Numbered from the stretch's first letter, positions 22,150 to 33,748 are shown. The stretch is 64,000 nt of DNA from an uncultured Methanoregulaceae archaeon (GCA_963701095.1 OY969564.1:2464001-2528000), one strand, 5' to 3'. Translations and numbers: made by a program. The notes: a model not told the origin generated them from the sequence alone.

Positions 22150-22889
22150 TCCGGTGTATACTTGCTCGCAAACGGCCGTGCGCTCGAAGCAGCGATCCGG
22201 GAATATTGTGCGGAAACCAGTGGTTCTGCATCGATTCCGAAGGTGCGGGCAAAGTCCTCAATAATCGGCTGTATTACCGCCATCTGTTCTGCAGTTGCTG
22301 GCAGCTGTTTTGCACCAACGCCGAGATACTTGTCTTCAACGGCTCCACGGACAAAAATCTCACCGCCATGGATGCCGCTTCCAATACCCCGCTCTGCTAC
22401 TGGTATCTGACCCTTCAGGCCAAGGACAATGAGAAGGCCTCCTGCCATATATTCGCCAAGGAACGCACGGGCAGATCCACCCACAACGAGAATCGGCCGT
22501 TTCTCCATGTATTGTTTCATATGGATACCTCCCCGGTAGCCGATGTTGTCCCGGACATAAATCCTGCCTCCCCGCATGCTATGGGCCGTGGCGTCGCCAG
22601 CACTCCCGTGGATAATTACCTTCCCCTGGTTCATGGTATTTCCCGGAGCATGATCTGCGTTACCGTGAACGATGATCGTCGGGCCGCTCATAAACATCGC
22701 AAGATCGCCGCCAGGGACACCGTTGATCGTTATTTTCACGTCGTTTCCTCTCAGCCCGTCACCGATAAACCGCTGGCCAAGAACATTGTCAATAACAATC
22801 TCCGTTGCGCCTTCGCAGATTGCTTTTCGTATCTGCTGGTTAAGCGGGGTGTAATGAAGGTTGCTAGCATCGATTCGTACTACAGACAT
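22146..22889 (-). CDS. Glutamate synthase GXGXG-domain subunit (GltB3)
   Basis: GQRFIG, repeated G..G beta-helix motifs, GEYMAGG. Confidence 0.9.
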   Translation of the reverse strand: MSVVRIDASNLHYTPLNQQIRKAICEGATEIVIDNVLGQRFIGDGLRGNDVKITINGVPGGDLAMFMSGPTIIVHGNADHAPGNTMNQGKVIIHGSAGDATAHSMRGGRIYVRDNIGYRGGIHMKQYMEKRPILVVGGSARAFLGEYMAGGLLIVLGLKGQIPVAERGIGSGIHGGEIFVRGAVEDKYLGVGAKQLPATAEQMAVIQPIIEDFARTFGIDAEPLVSAQYSRIAASSARPFASKYTPE

Positions 22890-22894
22890 CGGAT

Positions 22895-24406
22895 TTACTC
22901 CCCCACGGACTTTACGTCAAGCACTTTGAGCAGACCCTCGTCCAGCATATAGCCACGGAGCCGGTCGCGGTTGCCCCGGAGACTCTCGATACTGTTGATG
23001 CCGGCGGCACCCATAAGTTCAGCGATTTCATCAGTCCACGCATGGATAAGGTTTGCAACCTGCACAGCATTTGTCTCGGGGTCCAGCCTCTTGGTGAGCT
23101 CCGGTCTCTGGGTGGCGATTCCCCAGGCACAGATGCCCCGGTTGCAGGTGCCGCAGACCCGGCATCCCATTGCGACAAGTGCTGATGTCCCTATATAAAC
23201 GGCGTCAGCGCCAAGGCAGATGATCTTTGCAATGTCAGCACTCTCCCTGATTCCGCCGCTTGCAATAATTGAAACCTCGTTTCGTATTCCTTGGGAGCGT
23301 AGCTTCGCATCGACACTTGCAATTGCTGCCTCAACAGGGATTCCCACATGGTCGCGGAAGACCCGGGGCGCTGCTCCCGTGCCTCCACGGAAGCCATCAA
23401 CGACAACCGCGTCTGCTCCTGAACGGGCGATACCGGCTGCAATCGCCGCAGAATTGTGAACCGCTGCAATTTTGACAAATACCGGTTTCTTCCATTCGGT
23501 CGCTTCCTTGAGGCTGTGCACCAGCTGTTTGAGATCCTCGATACTGTAAATATCGTGATGTGGGGCCGGGCTGATAGCGTCGCTTCCGCAAGGGATCATC
23601 CTCGTACAGGAAACCTCTTCGTCGACTTTTTCGCCCGGAAGGTGTCCGCCGATCCCCGGTTTTGCTCCCTGACCTATCTTGATCTCGATAGCGGCGCCGC
23701 GTTCAAGATAGTTTATATCAACCCCAAACCGGCCGGAAGCCACCTGCACAATTATATGACTCTGGTACGGGAAGAGCGACTCATGGAGACCTCCTTCACC
23801 TGTACCCATAAACGTTCCTACTTTTGTTACTGCTTTTGCAAGAGCAGTCTGGGCGTTCAGGCTGATCGCACCATAACTCATATGGCCAATCATGATCGGC
23901 GTCTCTATCTTGAGATTCGGGGCAAGTTTGGTAAGGAGATCCACGTCACCATTCGGGTACTCTTTTACGGACAGTGACGCAGGCTTCTTCCCAATATACG
24001 TCCTTAGCTCCATAGGCTCACGGAGCGGGTCAATCGAGGGGTTGGTCACCTGGCATGCATCAAGTACAAGCCGGTCAAAGATCATCGGGTAGGGAAGGAC
24101 ATTTCCCATACCGGCAAGGATAATTTTTCCTGTTTTTGCCTGGTTGAATACGGCTTCACGGATCTCACGGGTCCAGACCGGGTGGCTCCGGTAATCCGTG
24201 GGTTTCTCGTAGATCGCGATTGCATCACGCGGGCAGAACGCAGTACAGCGGTGACAGGCAACACAGTTCCGGGAATTTACAACGACCCGGTCGTTCTCTT
24301 TCCGGAAAACGCCGTACGAACAGTTCTCGATACAACGGCCGCAGTTCATGCAACGCTCGGTGTCCAGATCCACTTTGAACCTGAGCGGGATACTGCCGAT
24401 ACTCAT
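22895..24406 (-). CDS. Glutamate synthase FMN-binding subunit with 2x[4Fe-4S] domain (GltB2)
   Basis: MSYGA, TGEGG, QVASGRFG, EIKIGQGAKPG.GG.LPG.KV, HHDIYSIEDL, CRVCGTC...C..GIATQ. Confidence 0.95.
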   Translation of the reverse strand: MSIGSIPLRFKVDLDTERCMNCGRCIENCSYGVFRKENDRVVVNSRNCVACHRCTAFCPRDAIAIYEKPTDYRSHPVWTREIREAVFNQAKTGKIILAGMGNVLPYPMIFDRLVLDACQVTNPSIDPLREPMELRTYIGKKPASLSVKEYPNGDVDLLTKLAPNLKIETPIMIGHMSYGAISLNAQTALAKAVTKVGTFMGTGEGGLHESLFPYQSHIIVQVASGRFGVDINYLERGAAIEIKIGQGAKPGIGGHLPGEKVDEEVSCTRMIPCGSDAISPAPHHDIYSIEDLKQLVHSLKEATEWKKPVFVKIAAVHNSAAIAAGIARSGADAVVVDGFRGGTGAAPRVFRDHVGIPVEAAIASVDAKLRSQGIRNEVSIIASGGIRESADIAKIICLGADAVYIGTSALVAMGCRVCGTCNRGICAWGIATQRPELTKRLDPETNAVQVANLIHAWTDEIAELMGAAGINSIESLRGNRDRLRGYMLDEGLLKVLDVKSVGE

Positions 24407-25453
24407 GCGATAACCCTCCCGATAACCGGTTCTCCGGCTTTTGGCATACTGACGTCCTCAATTGCCGGTTCGATTCTCCGGATCAGCTGCTTCTTCACTG
24501 GAGATGTAGAGCCGGTCGCCATGTTCACCTGCTACCAGAGGTCGTAGCTTAATCCGATCCGTAAACCCGAGCAACGTGTCAGATGTTGCCACACAGATTG
24601 CAAACGGGCCGTTCATAAGCGCCGGGCCATACGTTAGCCGAAGTGCCCTGTTGAGTTCCTGTTCTTTTGGTGGCATTTCGTCAATCTCATCCCAGAACGG
24701 TGGTGCCAGCGCACGTATTGCCAGTTTTTCCGAGAGACCGTGCTTCCTGACCAGTAAATCCACCAGGTACGCCACGACTTCAGTGTCAGTAAACATTGTG
24801 CACTTGTATCCGTCACTCTCGATATACCGCTGGTTGGTTCCGTACGAAGTGATTTCACCGTTATGAACGACACTCCAGTCAAGAAGGTTGAAGGGGTGTG
24901 CTCCTCCCCACCAGCCGGCAGTGTTCGTCGGGTACCTGTTGTGGGCAAGCCAAAGGTATCCTTTATAATCCTCAATCCGGTAGAAATTAGCGACCTGTTC
25001 AGGCCATCCCGAAGCCTTGAAGACGCCCATGTTCTTTCCCGATGAGAAGATAAGCGAACCTTTGTGTGTAGTATTTACCCGCATGACAAGCTCAGTGACC
25101 ATGTCGTCGGCTGTAGTCCGGGGCTCTTGTGCAAGACTTGTGTCAGGCAGATAGAAAAATCGCCATGGCGTGTGGACTTTTTTTATTCCCGCTTCGTAAG
25201 TCGGTATCGGTTCGTCATGGAAAATGGTACCCCATGATTCAAGTTCCTTGACGAGCGCCGGTTTGTCCTCTTTTACATCGTCAAAGAATACATGAAGGGC
25301 ATAGGCGTCCTTAAATTCAGGGTATATACCATAAGAAGCATAGCCGGCTCCCTCCCCGTTTCCCCGCTCGTTCATCATCGCGAGTGATGCTCGGATTTTA
25401 CTGCCGTCCATGAGATGGCGGCGTTTATCTATGACTCCAATAATTCCACACAT
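24403..25453 (-). CDS. Glutamate synthase amidotransferase subunit (GltB1); one apparent extra base at ~24485
   Basis: N-terminal MCG, HNRYPTNT, HPF, HNGEI, DTE. Removing one base restores SEEAAIRRIEP...AGEPVIGRVIA* with an ATGA overlap into gltB2. Confidence 0.92.
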
Positions 25454-25590
25454 TTTCTATCACAGTCGGGATGTCTGGTTAGCTTTTTGTTCCTTTGGGC
25501 TGGAAGCGCCGGTCGGAAATTGAAACGTATATTATTAGCACGTTCCCTGAATTGAATGTAATTATTCTCCTCAAAGGGTTAGTTCAGAAG

Positions 25591-25622
25591 ATATAAATGT
25601 AATTGGTTGGAAAATTAGTTCC
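25591..25622 (+). promoter_or_regulatory. glnA promoter: TATA box plus NrpR operator
   Basis: ATATAAAT at 25591-25598; GGAA-AATTAG-TTCC at 25609-25622, an exact GGAA-N6-TTCC, 3 nt before the ATG. Confidence 0.88.
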
Positions 25623-25625
25623 ATT

Positions 25626-26951
25626 ATGTCAGCAGACGTGGCTAAGTTGCTCAAGAAAATTAATGCCGATGACGTAAAATTTATCCGGCTCCAGTTTACC
25701 GATGTGCTGGGGATGCCAAAGAATGCGGCCATCCCTGTTGTTCAGGCAGAGAAATCCCTGACTGAAGGCACATGGTTTGACGGGTCGTCCATTGAAGGAT
25801 TTACCCGGATCGAGGAGTCGGACATGCTTTTAAAAGCGGATCCGGCATCATATACAACTCTCCCATGGAGACCTCAGGAGGGCAGGGTCGCCCGGTTCAT
25901 GTGTGATGTGTATACCTATGGAAACAAACCCTTCGAAGGCGACCCCCGCTACGTTTTAAAGAAAGTTCTGGCTGATGCTGCAAAGATGGGCTACACATTT
26001 AACACCGGCCCCGAACTCGAATTTTTCCTGTTCAATCTTGTCAATGGCAAGCCAACGACAGAGTTCCCCGACCAGGGGGCATACTTTGATCTTTCTCCCA
26101 ATGACAAAGCAGAAGATGTCCGCCGAGAAATCGTGCTCTCGCTTACCAGCATGGGTTTTGAGATCGAGATGTCACACCACGAGGTGGCGGCAAGCCAGCA
26201 CGAGATCGATTTCAAATACGCGGATGCACTCACGACTGCAGATCGGGTAATGACCTATAAATTTGCAACAAAAGCAATTGCACTCAAATATGGCCTGCAT
26301 GCTTCGTTTATGGCAAAACCAATCGCCGGGATCAACGGCAGCGGAATGCACACGCACGGTTCCCTTTCAAAGAACGGCAAGAATGCTTTCTATGATGCAA
26401 ATGCCCCGGATGGACTTTCTGACACAGCGCTCTATTACATAGGCGGTCTTCTCAAGCATGCAAAGGCAATCACCCGGGTTGCAAACCCGACCATTAACTC
26501 GTACAAGCGGCTTGTTCCGGGATATGAAGCTCCCTGCTACATCTCGTGGAGTACTACCAACCGGTCAGCACTCATCCGTGTGCCGGCAGCCCGTGGTAAC
26601 AGCACCCGTGCTGAATTCCGTAGTCCGGATCCGATGTGCAATCCGTACCTTACGTTTGCCTGTATGCTTGCTGCAGGTCTTGACGGTGTGAAAAACAAGA
26701 TCATGCCCCCGGACGCAACAAACACCAATATCTACCACCTGAATGCAAAAGAGCGCAAGAAAATGAAGATTGATATGCTGCCGGGAAGCCTCACTGAGTC
26801 CCACCAGTACCTGCTCAGGGACCAGGTTCTTTGTGATGCTCTCGGCCCGCATGTTGTCGAAACCCTCACACGTATTACTGAAGCTGAGACCGACGCTTTC
26901 CGTCTCGCGGTTCACCCGTGGGAACTGGACCGGTACCTCGCTACCTACTAA
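25626..26951 (+). CDS. glnA: Glutamine synthetase type I
   Basis: FDGSSIEGF, GPELEFF, HHEVA..QHEI, NGSGMH, NSYKRLVPGYEAP, NRSALIRVP, EFRSPDP. Confidence 0.97.
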   Translation: MSADVAKLLKKINADDVKFIRLQFTDVLGMPKNAAIPVVQAEKSLTEGTWFDGSSIEGFTRIEESDMLLKADPASYTTLPWRPQEGRVARFMCDVYTYGNKPFEGDPRYVLKKVLADAAKMGYTFNTGPELEFFLFNLVNGKPTTEFPDQGAYFDLSPNDKAEDVRREIVLSLTSMGFEIEMSHHEVAASQHEIDFKYADALTTADRVMTYKFATKAIALKYGLHASFMAKPIAGINGSGMHTHGSLSKNGKNAFYDANAPDGLSDTALYYIGGLLKHAKAITRVANPTINSYKRLVPGYEAPCYISWSTTNRSALIRVPAARGNSTRAEFRSPDPMCNPYLTFACMLAAGLDGVKNKIMPPDATNTNIYHLNAKERKKMKIDMLPGSLTESHQYLLRDQVLCDALGPHVVETLTRITEAETDAFRLAVHPWELDRYLATY

Positions 26952-26961
26952 TCTTACAATA

Positions 26962-27035
26962 TTTTCCCGCAAGGTGAGGGACAGACTGGACTTTTCATCC
27001 GGTAAATGCCCGTCGTCCATGTGGGTCCGGGAGAA
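26962..27035 (+). other. Predicted stem-loop, copy 1 of the amtB-upstream motif
   Basis: TTTTCCCG/CGGGAGAA outer stem, GGG(A)CA/TGCCC, apical ACTGGA-CTTTTCA-TCCGGT. Confidence 0.5.
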
Positions 27036-27167
27036 GACAGAAAGGATACGCACAGGTTCGCTACGTTCCGTCCGGCATTTATTGCCGTACCGTGGCATTC
27101 CCTCCTACCCGTATAAATTCTGGTCTTCTTTTGGCTCATTCGTGGACTCACAATAAAGTTACAGGAG

Positions 27168-28370
27168 ATGATTATGGCTCTGGATACCGGTGTTACAACT
27201 TGGCTCATGGTCTCGGCACTTCTGGTTATGCTGATGACCCCGGGCGTTGGGTTTTTTTATGGTGGACTTGTTCGAAAGAAGAATTTTATCTCGATGATCG
27301 CACTCTCTTTCCTGGTACTGGCGCTCACCAGCGTCCAGTGGATCATGATAGGGTATTCGCTTGCGTTCGGTTCAGACGTGGGAGGCTTTATCGGAAACCT
27401 TCAGTATCTTGGATTGAACGGCGTGAGTGCTACTGCTGGCACAGCAGCATATCCGCCGCTTGTCTACATGGCATTCCAGCTCTTCTTTGCCTCAGTCACG
27501 TTAACTATCGTTACGTCGGCTGTTGCAGAGAGGGTTAAACTGTCATCGTTTATTGTGTTCTCGCTCATCTGGTTGAGTGTAGTATACTGCCCGCTTGCAC
27601 ACTGGGCATGGGGCGGAGGCTGGGCACAACAGATGGGTCTTATTGATTTTGCCGGTGGCACCGTTGTCGAGATCTGTTCCGGTTTTGCCGCTCTTGCGCT
27701 CGCGCTGGTTATCGGCAAACGCGCCGGTTTTGGCGAATATTCGATAGAACCTCACAATATCCCGATTGCCCTTCTAGGTGCAGCCCTTCTCTGGTTTGGC
27801 TGGTTCGGGTTTAATGCCGGGAGTGCGCTTGCGGTTAACGGGAGCACGGTGACTGCATTTGTGAATACAAACACTGCTGCAGCCACCGGAGCACTTGCAT
27901 GGATGTTTGCCAGCTGGTACAATGGCAAACCCAGCTCCTTAGGTATGGTAAGTGGCGCGATTGCCGGAATGGTCGCAATCACACCTGCAGCCGGCTTTGT
28001 TACACCTCTTGTGGCAGTTCTTATTGGTGCCGTTGCAGGTGTACTCTGCTTTGGCATGATGCTCCTGAGAATCAGCAAACAGCTGGACGAAAGTCTGGAT
28101 GCATGGGCAATTCACGGGATGGGAGGAGTTTGGGGAACTCTAGCAACCGGCCTGTTTGCAGCAGCAGCAGTCGCCGGATTCTCCGGGCTCTTTGAAGGAA
28201 ATGTTCACCAGTTCCTGATAAATGCCCTGGGTGCAGGTGCCGCTGTCGTCTATGCCTTCGTAGTAACTTATGTTTTAGCGACTCTCATCGATCGCACTCT
28301 GGGATTGCGTGTCACACCTGACGAAGAATACGTCGGGCTTGACATTTGTCATCATGGTGAGAGGGCATAA
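27168..28370 (+). CDS. amtB: Ammonium transporter, Glu-His variant
   Basis: [47 protein letters not shown]. Confidence 0.95.
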   Translation: MIMALDTGVTTWLMVSALLVMLMTPGVGFFYGGLVRKKNFISMIALSFLVLALTSVQWIMIGYSLAFGSDVGGFIGNLQYLGLNGVSATAGTAAYPPLVYMAFQLFFASVTLTIVTSAVAERVKLSSFIVFSLIWLSVVYCPLAHWAWGGGWAQQMGLIDFAGGTVVEICSGFAALALALVIGKRAGFGEYSIEPHNIPIALLGAALLWFGWFGFNAGSALAVNGSTVTAFVNTNTAAATGALAWMFASWYNGKPSSLGMVSGAIAGMVAITPAAGFVTPLVAVLIGAVAGVLCFGMMLLRISKQLDESLDAWAIHGMGGVWGTLATGLFAAAAVAGFSGLFEGNVHQFLINALGAGAAVVYAFVVTYVLATLIDRTLGLRVTPDEEYVGLDICHHGERA

Positions 28371-28450
28371 CCTCTTTTCTTATTACCCTTTTTGAAATTA
28401 CATCCTTACAGGATCAATAACCGTTTTTCTTTCTCTCTCTCATTAATCAA

Positions 28451-28480
28451 AATATTAATATATCTAGGAATAGAACTTCC
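28451..28480 (+). promoter_or_regulatory. amtB2-glnK promoter: AT-rich TATA region plus NrpR operator
   Basis: AATATTAATATAT at 28451-28463; GGAA-TAGAAC-TTCC at 28467-28480. Confidence 0.85.
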
Positions 28481-28522
28481 TTCCTATAAAACATGGTACT
28501 TCATTAAGAGAGCCGATATCTC

Positions 28523-28645
28523 GCGGATAATCAGGCTGTGTGGGTGATACCGGACTTTTCATCCGGACCCTGTCTCCGGCAGCCTGATTCGTTTCCTGGT
28601 TCGGGAAAAAGATCCGCTGCTTTGCCGTCATTACGGTTCGCGGCA
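28523..28645 (+). ncRNA. Candidate structured 5' leader of amtB2 (copy 2 of the motif)
   Basis: GCGGAT/ATCCGC closes a junction holding a 10-bp perfect stem AATCAGGCTG/CAGCCTGATT (topped by GGGT/ACCC and CCGGA-CTTTTCA-TCCGG) and TTTCCTG-GTT-CGGGAAA; followed by a TGCCG/CGGCA hairpin. Confidence 0.5.
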
Positions 28646-28676
28646 TGAAGGGTCAGTTCAGTAAAAGGTGAATTAA

Positions 28677-30232
<1,556 letters not shown>

Positions 30233-30458
30233 AATAAATGGGTACTGATTCGGGATCCCGTCCCTTAAGTTCCAATTCGGGAAGGAGTTAATAATCGACT
30301 CTGCTTCCCTCTTTTTTTAATGATTCCACGTCTTTCGAGAAAACGGTGGAAATATATTTCTTATAATTCTATACTTAAAACGAATTCCCGGAATACTCTT
30401 GTTGGCTCTCTCGCATATTGTTATTTAGCCAGACGGTGAAAATCATAGGATATCTATC

Positions 30459-31742
30459 ATGATCCCGTGGCTCAATTCTAATTTTAAAAATTTTAAACCT
30501 ACAGCGGCAATTGCTCTCAATGCCACGCGGCACATGAATACAATGGAACGTAAAAAACTTTTTTCCCCCGATATCGAGCCCATGCGAACTGCAGAAGGAC
30601 GATGGTTTGAGGCAATCGTATACGAAATGTTCCTTGAGATTTCACAGAAATCCGGCCAGATAAAATATCTCGCGCGTAAGGGTGCGGATGCACCACATGC
30701 CGGTGCCCAGGCTCATCTAGGCCAAAACGGTATTTTTTATTCTAAATATGGGGACATAACCTTCCGGGGAAACGGTCAGGACCTGGCTGAATTTGATCTT
30801 ATGCTTGTCGATTCTGAGAATCAGGTCGCGTTTGGCGAAGTGGTCACCTCGCCGGCAGATCTCAAGGAATTTGAAGTCGAGATCGCTTTTAAAAAACGGT
30901 TACTTGGGTATCTCTATGGCCAGAAGCATGTCTCGTTTGTTCTTGTATCCTCCTTTGACATCTCAAACTATTCTGTAGTTAAGCGGCTTGCAAAAGATCC
31001 GGATAACGCGATCATCCATACCAGTTCCTGCGAGCAGATCAAATCACTGGTTAAACATTACCGGCCCCGTATTCTGTACACAAAACCCACAAACCATCCC
31101 AAGTTGATCCGTGCCACCGATATTCCGCAGAAAAACCCGATCGATTACCGGAAATGCCACGATGAGTTCAGGAACCGTCTTTTCTCCGATATCAAGGACG
31201 GCCACCGGGACACAAAGGAACTGGCACCTTCTACAGATACCGAAGCACTGGTCAAGAAGATTCTCTATGGCGCCCTGTATCCCCACGCGATAAAGGCTGT
31301 CTGTGAACAGTACGGTCTTGTAGTCCGGGGAAAACGTGTCGAATGGGCTGATTTTTTCGGGTATTTCTCTAAAGCGATTCTCGCTACTGATCTCCCCGGC
31401 TTTGAGCTCATCCTGTATCTCCGGTCCCGGGAGAAGACGGAGTATCTTAAGATGGTGCAGACAAAGGAAGGCCACTTCCGGTTTGAACGCCCGACTCCCT
31501 CACGAGTAGGTTTTTTTCTGTGGATCGAGTCGCTCCAACCTTCGCTAGGGACCAGGATTTCTCTTGAAATCCTAAAAACATTCAGTACAAAGGAGCCGGG
31601 AAAAAATAAATCCGTGATTTTCTCAACCGACTTTTTTTTAACTGACGTATTCAACCCTTCAGCCAGACAGGTCAGAGAATGGGAGCGCCTGTTAGCAGGT
31701 AAATTATCAGCACAATCACGATCTGGTGCACGAGATAGATAA
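30459..31742 (+). CDS. Hypothetical protein with N-terminal PD-(D/E)XK-like fold (start may be 30534 or 30543)
   Basis: GRWFEAIV...EFDLMLVD...FGEVV pattern; long clean ORF. Confidence 0.65.
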   Translation: MIPWLNSNFKNFKPTAAIALNATRHMNTMERKKLFSPDIEPMRTAEGRWFEAIVYEMFLEISQKSGQIKYLARKGADAPHAGAQAHLGQNGIFYSKYGDITFRGNGQDLAEFDLMLVDSENQVAFGEVVTSPADLKEFEVEIAFKKRLLGYLYGQKHVSFVLVSSFDISNYSVVKRLAKDPDNAIIHTSSCEQIKSLVKHYRPRILYTKPTNHPKLIRATDIPQKNPIDYRKCHDEFRNRLFSDIKDGHRDTKELAPSTDTEALVKKILYGALYPHAIKAVCEQYGLVVRGKRVEWADFFGYFSKAILATDLPGFELILYLRSREKTEYLKMVQTKEGHFRFERPTPSRVGFFLWIESLQPSLGTRISLEILKTFSTKEPGKNKSVIFSTDFFLTDVFNPSARQVREWERLLAGKLSAQSRSGARDR

Positions 31743-32412
31743 CAAGGGAATGCCTGCCCATGAATAAAAGAGGCGCTAACGCCCGTTCGGGAATTTCAGG
31801 AAGTGTCCAGTGCCGTACTCCGTTGGGATACGCAAATTCGCCGAGGGCAAGTCCAATCAGTACAAGACCCATCCACGGGAATATGGGTGTGTAATCAACA
31901 CTCTGGAATATAAGCGGGTGAATACCAAAGACCAAAAGTCCCATAGGTCCGGGGATAGTGGCAAGAATCCAACCGATGACAATAAAAATTAACCCAATTA
32001 TTGCATTCCCGGTACGGAACCTGAAAAAAAGGGGCGAAAGCATGACCGCGACCCCGATCAGGTGCAGGATGCCGAATATGACATACCCTTCATGAAGATA
32101 CCACCAGGTTGCAACCGTTACCAGAAGCCCGCAGCAGAAAATGCCTGCACCCCGAAAGACAAATTTTTTTACCAGTGCCGGGCCATTGAGGCGGGATACT
32201 GCGCGGGCGTGGCTTATCGAAAGTGATATCCCAACAATTAGCAGGAACAGTGAGGCTGTTGCATAGGCAAAAAACCGCCAGAATCCATCAGTAACATCGA
32301 ACGGAACAATCTGGAAAAACGCAAGATCGAAAATGGTATGAAAAAGGATCATCATCACGATGGCGATACCCCGGAAAAGATCTATTTCGGGATATCGTGC
32401 CGTGCCGCTCAT
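31672..32412 (-). CDS. DUF1624 / HGSNAT-like membrane acyltransferase
   Basis: R..EID.FRG.A...MI.FH, FGILH.IG, DY.PIFPW, GRHSL.IYL.HQ. Confidence 0.88.
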   Translation of the reverse strand: MSGTARYPEIDLFRGIAIVMMILFHTIFDLAFFQIVPFDVTDGFWRFFAYATASLFLLIVGISLSISHARAVSRLNGPALVKKFVFRGAGIFCCGLLVTVATWWYLHEGYVIFGILHLIGVAVMLSPLFFRFRTGNAIIGLIFIVIGWILATIPGPMGLLVFGIHPLIFQSVDYTPIFPWMGLVLIGLALGEFAYPNGVRHWTLPEIPERALAPLLFMGRHSLVIYLVHQIVIVLIIYLLTGAPIL

Positions 32413-32532
32413 GGATACAGGTACAATCGCTCCCGGACTCTGATATGTGTTTGGAAGTACGGTATCCCCCTGTGGCTTACTCAGGCCTTTCTTGCTGAGG
32501 GCGAACAGGTGATAACAGGTACCCGATCCCCA

Positions 32533-33555
32533 TTACAATTGCATTTCGTTATGGATTTTTTGCACCTTAAGGTCCATCTTGCTCATCGTCATAATCATCT
32601 CGTCAATTACCCCGGATATCTTTTGAATAACAGGATCGTTGTCCTTTTTTTCATCCTTTATTACAACCCCCAATCTGGCAAGCAACTGTTCATAATTTGC
32701 CTGCAAGGCTCGTAATTGCTGTTCATGTGCCTTCTCCCGGGTAATATCCTGCAGGATCACTGCCACATATCGTGTGGTTTCTTCAACGAGTGGGAAACGT
32801 ACCATGATATATGTTTTTTGAGCGTCACCAACCATGATCGCCTTTTCTACCCGGGTAATCTGCCTGGTTTCCATGACATCTTTGTATTCCCGGGCGCTAC
32901 CCAGGTATGATCCAGGAACGCTTCGGAAGAAATCTTCGTCAAACCACGTTCTTGTATATCCCATTTTCAGGAAAAGCCGCTCAAGCGCCGTGTTAATGTA
33001 CACGGGCCGCAAATCGGCACTAAGAACCAAAACCGGAGTGTCCATAACGGTAAGGATCATCTTTTCAAAATCTTCAGGCACATGTGGTTTTCTTTCCGGG
33101 GCATGATAATCGGTCACGGGCTGTACTGAAGAAGGTATTTCCTCGTTTTTCGCAGCAATTTCTTTCTGTATCAGACGGTGTTTAAAGAGGGCAATCTGGA
33201 TGGTGGAATGCAGATCCCTTTCGCGAAACGGTTTGATAAGGTATCCGTATGGGAGGGTTTTCCTCGCCCGTTCCAGTGTTTCATTGTCCGAGTGTGCAGT
33301 GAGGTACACTATAGGGATTTTATATAACCGGTTGATCTCCTCTGCTGCTGCAATCCCGTCTTTTTCTCCCTGGATCCTGATATCCATCAGGATCAGTTCA
33401 GGTCTGCTCTCACCGGCCATGCGTATAGCGTCGTCAGCGGTGCAGACGGAACCTACTACTACATATCCCATTCTCTGCAGGGTTTCTTCAAGCGTCATTG
33501 CGATGATAGCTTGATCTTCTACAACCAGAATTCGTGTTTCTGCTTTCGTTTTCAT
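32533..33555 (-). CDS. Response regulator receiver + PAS protein
   Basis: ILVVED, LILMDI, YLTAH, YLIKPF; PAS ending QDITREK; no kinase or DNA-binding domain. Confidence 0.88.
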   Translation of the reverse strand: MKTKAETRILVVEDQAIIAMTLEETLQRMGYVVVGSVCTADDAIRMAGESRPELILMDIRIQGEKDGIAAAEEINRLYKIPIVYLTAHSDNETLERARKTLPYGYLIKPFRERDLHSTIQIALFKHRLIQKEIAAKNEEIPSSVQPVTDYHAPERKPHVPEDFEKMILTVMDTPVLVLSADLRPVYINTALERLFLKMGYTRTWFDEDFFRSVPGSYLGSAREYKDVMETRQITRVEKAIMVGDAQKTYIMVRFPLVEETTRYVAVILQDITREKAHEQQLRALQANYEQLLARLGVVIKDEKKDNDPVIQKISGVIDEMIMTMSKMDLKVQKIHNEMQL

Positions 33556-33748
33556 AAATCTTGTATTCCCATATATCAGTCTCCACTAATAAACCGGGAA
33601 TTGCAGTTTCAAAAAATGAAACTACGTAAAAGTGTGTTGGATTGGGGATGATTCATACCACTGTGACAAAGCAGTATTATCCATCGATGCCGTTTACTTT
33701 ATTTTTCACAAGTAATTCAGAGAAAAGGTTTGAGAAATCCGGATTTTA

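Noticed and set aside
21918..22952. Long antisense or alternate-frame ORFs (also 2865-3623, 8224-8955, 12195-12842, 39515-40195, 59362-60003)
   Set aside because: Shadows of well-supported genes, with no motifs of their own
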